A DNA stretch of 64,000 nucleotides from a virus, in IMG/VR virus record IMGVR_UViG_3300028586_000750. One strand, given 5' to 3'. The notes beneath the pieces were generated by a model that had not been told where the DNA came from, made no database searches, and saw nothing but the letters and a program-made list of their open reading frames with translations. Every line of letters starts with the position of its first letter. Position 1 is the first letter of the stretch. Shown piece after piece: positions 29,973-37,736 of the stretch. The translations under genes were made by a program, and so were the position numbers.

Positions 29973-30104
29973 ATATGGTACCGTTAGCTTCGCGCATGCA
30001 TTCGCTTAGCTGAAAAAGGGAAGTGAGCCACGGTTCCGTACCGCTCACCGACTGTAGTAGTCCCGTAGGACACTACCCAGCAATTATAGTCATTTTCATG
30101 ACCG

Positions 30105-30178
30105 TGGACCTGATGGGACTCGAACCCACAACATTCTGCGTGCAAGGCAGACGCTCTACCAATTGGAGCTACAAGCCC
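30105..30178 (-). tRNA. tRNA-Ala(TGC)
   Basis: G3-U70, A73, loop CT-TGC-AC. Confidence 0.92.
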
Positions 30179-30293
30179 GTATTATCTCTATTTAATTAGA
30201 TGAGGTTGGTCCGAAACTTGTTCTCCCGGCATCCCCTCGTTCTTTAATTATTCTAGCACATAATATCTGCATATACCAACTATTTTGTTACTT

Positions 30294-30446
30294 TTAGTCA
30301 GATAAATGAATTGAGTCGCGCATAGTTGTTTGAACATCAGCAACGCTAACCCACTGCGAAGGCCCCTCATCGTTTAACATAGGGACATAGACATCTGCGT
30401 TTTCTGGTAGCTCTTGAAGCTGTGCAATTAAATCTTTTACTCGCAT
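30294..30446 (-). CDS. 50-aa phage-type protein MRVKDLIAQLQELP (not in ORF track)
   Basis: RBS; N-terminus similar to 28953..29114. Confidence 0.55.
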   Translation of the reverse strand: MRVKDLIAQLQELPENADVYVPMLNDEGPSQWVSVADVQTTMRDSIHLSD

Positions 30447-30491
30447 TATTTATCCTTTTCTTTAGTATAACGGATTTAAATTTTTATTATC

Positions 30492-30962
30492 TTATTTATT
30501 TTTCCACGGCTTACCATTAGTTTGTTGGCTATGGCAATTTGGGCATAAAAATCTTAGATTGGGCGCACGATTATCATAGTTGCGCCCATTTATATGGTCA
30601 ATTTCAAGTACAATAGGTTTACCATTATATTCTGAACCAATGCCGCAACCCTCACAGATATGCAATCTTCCAATATCCAGTAGTGCTCGGCGCAAATGAA
30701 CAGTTTTAGTTTTCCATTTATTAGCCTCTTCGAGGACCAAAATATCTTCAGGTGCTAACCGTTTTGCAGCTTGTTTGCCCTTCATGTGACCTTGACCTGT
30801 AAAGTGCGAGATATCAATACCAGCATTTATAATACGTCGTTTGATATGACTTTGGCTACCACCAGCGAGTGGTATCCCAAGTTCTCTTAAAACAGCCGCA
30901 ATACTAAAACTATCTGCAACAGCTTTAGCAAGAGTTTCTGTAGTGTACTTGTATTTGGTCAC
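30492..30962 (-). CDS. HNH (homing) endonuclease
   Basis: CEGCG...LEIDHINGRNYDNRAPNLRFLCPNCH. Confidence 0.9.
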   Translation of the reverse strand: MTKYKYTTETLAKAVADSFSIAAVLRELGIPLAGGSQSHIKRRIINAGIDISHFTGQGHMKGKQAAKRLAPEDILVLEEANKWKTKTVHLRRALLDIGRLHICEGCGIGSEYNGKPIVLEIDHINGRNYDNRAPNLRFLCPNCHSQQTNGKPWKNK

Positions 30963-30986
30963 AGTCTAATTTTACCATAACATTAG

Positions 30987-31057
30987 GAACAGTAGTGGGA
31001 CTCGAACCCACATGCACCGCTAAAGTGCGGCGTAGTTTACCATTAGCTTATACTGTC
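30987..31057 (-). ncRNA. tRNA-like RNA with 6-nt anticodon loop
   Basis: Acceptor GACAGTA/TACTGTT; T arm GTGGG-TTCGAGT-CCCAC; stem GCCGC/GCGGT with loop ACTTTA. Confidence 0.65.
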
Positions 31058-31274
31058 GAGAACCAATTTCTTGGACCCCTTTTTCAGTTGAGGCAGGTTT
31101 TCGAAGCCCTGCATACCGCTCTCACGCGCATTATCCCATTTTATGCTATCTCAACAGCACCATTGCTTCTATCCGCTGCCCGTCCTGTCTCAGGTACCTT
31201 GATTGAGGACTTCTTGCTTCTTTTCACTTTAGGTGTTTTGTTAATGAAGGGTGTACATTTCCTTCATTAATAAA

Positions 31275-31303
31275 ACTATACTACTTTAAATCTACCTTGT
31301 CAA
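31275..31303 (-). promoter_or_regulatory. SigmaA/70-type promoter
   Basis: TTGACA-N17-TATAGT. Confidence 0.8.
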
Positions 31304-31311
31304 GTTCATTT

Positions 31312-31890
31312 TCAAACTTTATTTGAAGATTTTGCTGCTTCCCAGCCAGCTTTTGCGGCAACGGAACGAGGGTCAGTTAAAGCCTCAATTTGTTTCGCCA
31401 AAGCATTACCCAAAGCTTCCAATGGCTTTACGATTTCGGACCAAGGAGCGGCAACATGAATGTCTCGTGTAAGGATGCGTCCTGAATGACCGTCACCCCA
31501 AATGATAACAGGGGCAACCAAAGCGCCATTGATACCAAAGCTCAAATCATGAGTGTAACGGAAATCAAAAAGGTCTTCGTCATCATCAGTCATACGCTCT
31601 TTTAGAAGCTCTTCGTCAGTGAACGAGGTAATGTTAGCAGAGGAAAGATAAGCCCAGTTCTCATTCAACCATTCAAGCACTTCTACTAAAGTCCAGTCAA
31701 AGTCCCAAATTGTTTTTCCTGCAACACGAATGACAAGGTTTCCCCATGTACAGTTAGCTGCTGAGTCAGCAACAGACTGGTCTTTATCAAATGACAACGA
31801 CCAGTCAAATAAACCTTCATTGGTTGACATATAGTTTACTCCTAAGTAGATAATTCTATGGGTTAAAAAGTTTAGGCTTATGATGAACAC
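31312..31890 (-). CDS. Hypothetical protein
   Basis: ORF with probable start at MSTNEG. Confidence 0.65.
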   Translation of the reverse strand: MFIISLNFLTHRIIYLGVNYMSTNEGLFDWSLSFDKDQSVADSAANCTWGNLVIRVAGKTIWDFDWTLVEVLEWLNENWAYLSSANITSFTDEELLKERMTDDDEDLFDFRYTHDLSFGINGALVAPVIIWGDGHSGRILTRDIHVAAPWSEIVKPLEALGNALAKQIEALTDPRSVAAKAGWEAAKSSNKV

Positions 31891-31918
31891 TTTTTACATG
31901 TTCATCATAAGCCTATGT

Positions 31919-32006
31919 TGGCACTTTAGGTGGGATTTGAACCCACATGTCCTTTCGGACAAGGCACCTTTGAAAGCGCCTCTCGTCTGCATTCCGCCAC
32001 TAAAGT
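31919..32006 (-). tRNA. Atypical Leu-body tRNA with 10-nt anticodon loop (CTTTCAAAGG), G73 and encoded CCA
   Basis: Body closely resembles Leu(CAA) 21494..21576; perfect acceptor ACTTTAG/CTAAAGT. Confidence 0.7.
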
Positions 32007-32209
32007 ATGTTGGTAAGGGTCTTTAAGCAAGCCAATGTGGCCCACCTTTGTTATAACAATTACAAAACCTCGCAATGAGAATGTAACTGCTACAAATATA
32101 CTAGAAGTTTGCGCTTCTATATATTTCACCTTAGGCTATTTCTCCGCACCCATAGAGGGCCGGTGCATCATAACCAATTCCGATTACCGCAAAATAAACG
32201 AAACTTTTG

Positions 32210-32294
32210 TGCTCCCAAGGGGACTTGAACCCCTACGCCATTTCTGGCACTAGCTTCTTAGACTAGCGTGTCTGCCAAATTCCACCACAAGAGC
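32210..32294 (-). tRNA. tRNA-Leu(AAG)
   Basis: Class II cloverleaf; stem CTAGT/GCTAG; loop CT-AAG-AA. Confidence 0.88.
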
Positions 32295-32478
32295 ATGTGG
32301 CCACTACTTTCTTTCAACAGTGCGCACTGCCCAACCATCTTCTGCGTTTACTTGTAAGCAGTGGACCCCCAAGTAAACAGTGGTTGTATCAATTTGAAAA
32401 CTCGTTGGTAAGGATTTTACCCCTACGTTAGGAATCGAACCTACCCTGCAAGAACCTGCATTTTCAAATCTCAATAAT

Positions 32479-32574
32479 TTCGGTAAACCGGACTCGAACC
32501 GGCGCTCTCGCACCCCTAACTGGGTGGCGCATCAAAGCCTACTAACTGAGTTAGCACAGATGCTTTTTTACCAA
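32479..32574 (-). ncRNA. tRNA-like RNA with greatly enlarged D-arm region
   Basis: Acceptor TTGGTAA/TTACCGA; T arm GCCGG-TTCGAGT-CCGGT; internal helices GCATC/GATGC and CACCC/GGGTG. Confidence 0.5.
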
Positions 32575-32869
32575 AGCTTAGTATGTAAAGTTCAAAAGCA
32601 ACACATGCCTAGCTGTTACGCTACCAAGGGAATCGAACCCTTGTTTTGCTTTACTGGTCCTGTTAACCAATCAACTACTTTGCGAATGCAGGCGGTTATT
32701 AACCTCAGCAAACTCCCGAATAGGCGGGAATGGTTTCTTCTTGTCACTCACTAAAACGTAACAAGTTTACTTTTCAAACAGAACCGTAAGTTATCTCTAT
32801 TGTGTTGTTAATATCTATCATAGCACAGTATTTTTCTCTATGCAACTTCTTTTTTGAAGAAGTTTTAGT

Positions 32870-32989
32870 TGGAGCGGGTGGGATTTGAACCCACAAAATT
32901 TTACTTATCCGTGTAACGTCACACCATGTCTCACTTCATTAGCCCGTGAATAAATCGTGGCTTAAAGGAAAGACTTTGACTGCCGCCCC
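32870..32989 (-). ncRNA. 120-nt RNA with alanine-identity acceptor and T arm (tmRNA-TLD-like)
   Basis: GGGGCGG/CCGCTCC-A with G3-U70; T arm GTGGG-TTCAAAT-CCCAC; no D or anticodon cloverleaf. Confidence 0.65.
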
Positions 32990-33065
32990 ATATTTTCTTG
33001 TTACTAGAACAATACTACTCCAAATTCTTCTTGTCAAGTTCATTTACAAACTTTCTTAGAAAACT

Positions 33066-33278
33066 TTAACGCTGTTCCTTATTATGGATTTGAACTCGCT
33101 CTTCCTGGTTCTGAGCAGCAATACGAGCTTGTACACGATTAGAACTATGCTGACGCTTAATATTACTGCGCGCCCAAACACCTTTACCTCGTCCAAATCT
33201 TTTCTCTTCCTGGTGTTTATACCAAGTTTCACGAAGATATTCATGGCGTGGCGGAATACGACGATGCGTTCTACTCAT
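33066..33278 (-). CDS. Small basic protein (MSRT.R type)
   Basis: 70-aa Arg/Lys-rich ORF. Confidence 0.6.
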   Translation of the reverse strand: MSRTHRRIPPRHEYLRETWYKHQEEKRFGRGKGVWARSNIKRQHSSNRVQARIAAQNQEERVQIHNKEQR

Positions 33279-33521
33279 ATCCGTTCCTTAGCTGCTAATA
33301 CTTATTATCTAATATTGTAACATATTAAACATAAACTTAATCATACCTTTTTGGTATGCCTACAATCAGTATAAACAACCAGAAGGGTAAAAGTCAACTA
33401 GTAATTTATCTTAACAACTAAACTATTGATAACATTAGATAACAAAACTGCATGTAATATTGTACCCCATTTTTGGGTACATCTGTAAACACGATATATA
33501 CGCCAAAGAGGGTAATATATT

Positions 33522-34751
33522 ATGTTTTTAAACTTCCAACACAAACTGAAAGAAACACGAGAACAAGAATCTGGTTTTACATTAATTGAACTTATGATTG
33601 TTGTAGTCATTATTGGCATCCTAGCTGCTGTAGCAATTCCTGTTTTCGCTACACAACAAAAAGAAGGCATTAAAGGGACAGTTAAATCTGACGTTCGTAA
33701 CACAACCGGTAACGTTGTACAATTTTTAACCAAAACACCAACAGCATCAGATGTTTCCGGAACAAAGATTGTGTCTTCCGCTGACAATGTTATCGCTGTA
33801 AGTGGGGACTGGCAAGACTACACAGTGCGTGGTAAAAACGCCGCTGTTAATGACTGGTGTTGGGTTTACTCTTCCAAAACAGGTAAAGCAGTTGAAGGCA
33901 CCGGCGTCAACTGTGACTTCACAATGGCTCCTGTGACCACAACACCAGGAACAACTACACCTGGTACTGGTGGAACAATTATTCCTGGTACTGGCGCTGC
34001 TAGCCTTATTGCTACTGCTGCGTTAGAGCAACCTATCTTTGGTCGTGATTATGAAACAAAAGTTGTTGCTAGTGACCCTAACGTTACTTTCACCGCAGAT
34101 GGGTTACCTAATGGACTTGGAATGAACACAGGTGGCACCATTTCAGGTATCCCTACCACTAAAGGTGACTTCACAGTAACTGTAACTGCTGCTCTTGATA
34201 AAGCTAAAGAAACTAAAGATTTCAACTTGACTGTTGATACTATTGCTAACTTCACAGAAAGCTTTGATGATGCAGATTACGCTAAACGAGGTATTGGTGC
34301 ATCAGGACTTGTGTATGGAGGTAAAAGTTATAGTGGACCTTATGCGACACCTTCACCTGTTGGAACACCAATAGGTGGCGCTTCCAAAATATCAACATTC
34401 GGTGTAACTGGCGGAAACCTTGTATTAGCAGGCGATAAAGCAGTTAATTCAAACTCAACCATTAATGCTGTTGTTAACACTCTTAGCATTAATGGTTTAG
34501 AACCTAACGCAACATATGATTTCTCTATTTACATTGACAGTAATATGACAGGACGCTATTCAGGTAGTACAAACATTACCGAATTTAAGATTGCCGGTGC
34601 AGCAAAAACTTATACAGGTCCAGGTAATTACACTTGGTCAGGTAAAGCTGATACTAACGGTAAAGTAACAGTGGATATTAGAATGGCCTGTCAAAATTCT
34701 GTAACACCAATGGCTTTCAAAATGGATAACTTCTCTGGTTTAAAGAAGTAA
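33522..34751 (+). CDS. Type IV pilin-like protein with putative Ig domain and C-terminal beta domain
   Basis: G-FTLIELMIVVVIIGILAAVAIP prepilin motif; GLP.GL....GTISG.PT..G.FTVTVTA Ig motif. Confidence 0.88.
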   Translation: MFLNFQHKLKETREQESGFTLIELMIVVVIIGILAAVAIPVFATQQKEGIKGTVKSDVRNTTGNVVQFLTKTPTASDVSGTKIVSSADNVIAVSGDWQDYTVRGKNAAVNDWCWVYSSKTGKAVEGTGVNCDFTMAPVTTTPGTTTPGTGGTIIPGTGAASLIATAALEQPIFGRDYETKVVASDPNVTFTADGLPNGLGMNTGGTISGIPTTKGDFTVTVTAALDKAKETKDFNLTVDTIANFTESFDDADYAKRGIGASGLVYGGKSYSGPYATPSPVGTPIGGASKISTFGVTGGNLVLAGDKAVNSNSTINAVVNTLSINGLEPNATYDFSIYIDSNMTGRYSGSTNITEFKIAGAAKTYTGPGNYTWSGKADTNGKVTVDIRMACQNSVTPMAFKMDNFSGLKK

Positions 34752-34971
34752 GCTTTAAATAATTTCTTTCTCTAAAGCTCGTTCATCTTTACGGCATTCA
34801 TAATAATGCACAATACCTGGTGCAAGTAGAGTGCTAATAAGGGACAGCAGAGCTAATGTGGAAAAGGTTATCCACCATAAAAATATCATATACCATACCT
34901 ATCATCTAATATAAACGGAATGCCTCACCAAATTAATGGTGAGGCATTCCGTTTTGTTTTAAGATACAGAA

Positions 34972-35583
34972 CTACATGTTGCGAAGAGCAAATGTTAGTT
35001 CACCGTCATAACGTACACGACGGTTTAAGCCGTTCTTGTAGACAACTTCGGCGGTTAAACCAACTTTGTCATCGTTCTCTGAAAATGTGTCCACGAATTC
35101 AGACCAGCTATCATGGAAATAGTGTGTTACTGCAACAATTTCATACTTAGCTGGGTTTTCACGCTTATCATAGATAAGTTCGTGGTCTTGCCAACCGTAT
35201 GTGCTTTCACTGAGCGCTACAGGGTCACCATGCTTAGCTAAGAACTTAGCTACTCGGTGGTTGTAAACGTTCTGTGTTGTTTCTTCTACAGGTGGTAAAA
35301 GTAAGTTGGTAGCGCTGTAAATAACACTGTCTGCATCAAACCACTTTTGATGAATAACATCTACAGTGGAAAGTAAGAACTTGTCTGAAGATGATGAAAG
35401 CCAACCAATTCTAATGTCTTCTGCGCGCGCTACATCAAATAGGGTCATTTGACGGCTTGCTTTAGCTAAAGCGGCAATTGCTTCATCAACTACGTAAGCA
35501 TTGAAATTGTATAGTTCTGGTGCTTCTTTAAGCGTTAGATAGATTTCTTCTAACTGAGAAACATTTTCTTCATAGGTAGACAT
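34972..35583 (-). CDS. Hypothetical protein
   Basis: 203-aa ORF; C-terminus similar to 45587..46090 (FVDTF..DD.V...AEV / FDSF...DD.VSAQV). Confidence 0.65.
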   Translation of the reverse strand: MSTYEENVSQLEEIYLTLKEAPELYNFNAYVVDEAIAALAKASRQMTLFDVARAEDIRIGWLSSSSDKFLLSTVDVIHQKWFDADSVIYSATNLLLPPVEETTQNVYNHRVAKFLAKHGDPVALSESTYGWQDHELIYDKRENPAKYEIVAVTHYFHDSWSEFVDTFSENDDKVGLTAEVVYKNGLNRRVRYDGELTFALRNM

Positions 35584-35649
35584 GTCATCTTTCTTTTTAT
35601 ATAAGTTCAGGCCAACCTTAATTTTAAGGTTGGCCTGAACGAGGTTTAA

Positions 35650-35742
35650 TGCGACAAGCAGGAATCGAACCTGCGCGACCCCGTTTCATCCAGTAACTAG
35701 CTGGGTTACTCGGGGGTTGTGCTACCACTACACCATTGTCTT
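35650..35742 (-). ncRNA. tRNA-like RNA with 30-nt hairpin insert in the anticodon loop
   Basis: D arm GTGT-AGTGGTA-GCAC; stem ACCCC/GGGGT; insert AGTAAC/GTTACT; T arm GCAGG-TTCGATT-CCTGC. Confidence 0.65.
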
Positions 35743-36271
35743 TACGTCTGCCCTTGAAGTAGTTAATTAAAAGGGTTTCTGTAATTCTTTGCGTATCATC
35801 TTTGATACTAAAATTAAAGGACCAGATAGGTTTGCTCTAGCTATAAGTTCACCCGGTCCACAAGTTGCTCGGAAATTCGTGTGTTGGCCTTTTACACTAA
35901 GCCCCCATGTGTTGGGGACCACAGGATTCGAACCTGCATTTCAAACGGACTTCGCTCTGTCCTTAATGCTATCTCTAGCATTAACACCCACCTACTATTT
36001 CGCGCGAACTTAAGTAGGTGCAACTTGACATCTATGTAATTATTAATAATATAACAGAGGCGACAATGTATTGGTTGCTTAACTTGCGCCAGAGGCAGTT
36101 CCGACCTTATTCAGGTCCAAAGTATGTTGTTACCTTTTGATAACAGTGCATGTTATATTAAGTTTTCTAATGGTATAACAAGTCATTAAGTTGTAAGACA
36201 GAGGATGCCATTAGCAGTCCACCCCATAAGGGAAATAATGCCCCATTATACCAAATCTTTAATTGTGTTTG

Positions 36272-36345
36272 TAGGCCCCCAGAGACTCGAACTCTGCACC
36301 CACGGATTAAAAGTCCGTTGCTCTAACCTGATGAGCTAGAGGCCC
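36272..36345 (-). tRNA. tRNA-Lys(TTT)
   Basis: Cloverleaf; loop CT-TTT-AA. Confidence 0.92.
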
Positions 36346-36353
36346 ATATTTGT

Positions 36354-36477
36354 TTGAAGTTGCTGCTGGCTTTGCAGGACTCCAACCTGCGATATACGTT
36401 CTGTGCCCTAATAGCGTTGCGCCTAGGTCTGCTCCGTAATGTGTGGCTACCTCATCTAAAACCAGCAGCAACTTCAA
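36354..36477 (-). ncRNA. tRNA-shaped ncRNA with conserved 40-nt module, copy 1
   Basis: At least 16-bp terminal stem; T arm GCAGG-TTGGAGT-CCTGC; own TATAAT promoter. Confidence 0.7.
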
Positions 36478-36518
36478 CTCTTAAATTATTATACACTAAA
36501 AATTAGTTTTGGGTAAAA

Positions 36519-36629
36519 TTATTGAGAAACCTACAGGATTTGAACCTGTGAAAACGCGTTCTGTCCCCTAATAGCTTTCCGCCTAGGTCTGCTCCGCTGC
36601 GTGTGCCACTCGCCAAGACTTCTCAATAA
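36519..36629 (-). ncRNA. tRNA-shaped ncRNA with conserved 40-nt module, copy 2
   Basis: 14-bp terminal stem of different sequence; T arm ACAGG-TTCAAAT-CCTGT. Confidence 0.7.
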
Positions 36630-36816
36630 CTTTACACTATTTAATTTTTAGATCAAACAAGGTTTTCTTCCACTTGTTCTGGAAGCATTACTTGTTTAGA
36701 GGAAGTATCCGAAACTTGTTCTCCCGGCCTTGTTCTTCCTTATGTTTTAACTCTATCAGATACCTCTGACAAATGTCAAACCATTTTCAAAACTTTTTTA
36801 ATTTGTTTTGTTTCAG

Positions 36817-36941
36817 TACCAAAATGGGATTCGAACCCTGCATAACCGCTAAGTTATGCCTCCCTATATGAACTCATCTGATGTGCAAACTGTTCCACCT
36901 GGTAACCCCTGAGCTACAGGAACCCTCGGTATAGTTTTGGT
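36817..36941 (-). ncRNA. Possible tRNA-like RNA with large internal insertion
   Basis: ACCAAAA/TTTTGGT closing stem; GGG-TTCGAAT-CCC T loop; hairpin GCATAAC/GTTATGC. Confidence 0.4.
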
Positions 36942-37010
36942 TTCCACCGTATATTTTCACTTGCAGCAAGGTAATTAATCCCGCCCGTTAACTCCATACG
37001 GATTGTTGCG

Positions 37011-37092
37011 TGCTCCCGGTGGGACTTGAACCCACACTTCTTGCGAAACTTGATTTTGAGTCAAGCGTGTCTGCCAATTCCACCACAAGAGC
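37011..37092 (-). tRNA. tRNA-Leu(CAA)
   Basis: Same as the Leu(TAA) copies except position 34. Confidence 0.92.
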
Positions 37093-37159
37093 ATATTAAG
37101 AACGCCTTGACCTTTTGGCTTTATCACTCCGGTCGTTCTCTTAAAACTATATTAACACA

Positions 37160-37390
37160 TTACTCAGCTTCTCGCAAATTTTGTTGTTTAGCTCTTAACC
37201 ATTTCGTAAAATCCATTCGTAATGGCTCCAAAAGAGAAACAACCCTAAAAGTAAAGTTTTCATCTTCTGGAAGCGCGTCAATTGCCTCGTTTGCTTCTGC
37301 CTCAGAGGCAAAAGGACCAAATACTGACGTGTAATCAATATCACCATCAGATTTAATAACTACAAATGGATTTACTTCAAGATTACTCAT
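37160..37390 (-). CDS. Small protein, paralog of 37395..37550
   Basis: Start MSNLEV; SDGDIDYTSVFGPFA motif. Confidence 0.65.
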   Translation of the reverse strand: MSNLEVNPFVVIKSDGDIDYTSVFGPFASEAEANEAIDALPEDENFTFRVVSLLEPLRMDFTKWLRAKQQNLREAE

Positions 37391-37394
37391 TGCC

Positions 37395-37550
37395 TTAGAC
37401 AATCTTTTCAGGATTTTGAACTGGTTCTACACGATAAGCATAATCGTCATTATCGTCAGGTGTTACTTTTTGCGCTTCTGCTGCTGTAGCAAAAGGACCA
37501 AATACTGACGTGTAATCAATATCACCATCAGATTGAACAATTACGAACAT
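37395..37550 (-). CDS. 51-aa protein (not in ORF track)
   Basis: AGGAG RBS; MFVIVQSDGDIDYTSVFGPFATAAEA... Confidence 0.7.
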   Translation of the reverse strand: MFVIVQSDGDIDYTSVFGPFATAAEAQKVTPDDNDDYAYRVEPVQNPEKIV

Positions 37551-37578
37551 ATTTTCTCCTGTTTAGTTTAAACTTGCG

Positions 37579-37660
37579 TGCTCCCGGTGGGACTTGAACC
37601 CACACTTCTTGCGAAACTTGATTTTAAGTCAAGCGTGTCTGCCAATTCCACCACAAGAGC
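37579..37660 (-). tRNA. tRNA-Leu(TAA)
   Basis: Class II cloverleaf. Confidence 0.92.
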
Positions 37661-37736
37661 ATATTAAGAACGCCTTGACCTTTTGGCTTTATCACTCCGG
37701 TCGTCCTCTTGAAACTATACTAGCATATATTATGAG

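Larger units (their letters stand above)
37006..37719. repeat. Direct repeat of ~145 bp (37006..37151 and 37574..37719)
   Basis: tRNA-Leu plus leader duplicated with a 568-bp period. Confidence 0.9.

Noticed and set aside
30492-30962. IscB/Cas9-like RNA-guided nuclease
   Set aside because: 156 aa; HNH only, with no PLMP, RuvC or bridge helix
31919-32006. Selenocysteine tRNA
   Set aside because: 7-bp acceptor, Leu-type D arm and short variable arm; lacks Sec 8/5 architecture; no sel genes in window
32870-32989. Full-length tmRNA
   Set aside because: Only 120 nt between acceptor strands; no tag ORF or pseudoknots
36025-36140. Plus-strand TTGACA promoter with a 24-aa ORF antisense to the RNA cluster
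   Set aside because: Suboptimal spacing and weak RBS; cannot support a feature
24730-37334. Plus-strand ORFs 24730, 24809, 30995, 32035, 32524, 35789, 37026 and minus 31926, 32304
   Set aside because: Overlap tRNA or tRNA-like genes; no RBS or protein-like composition
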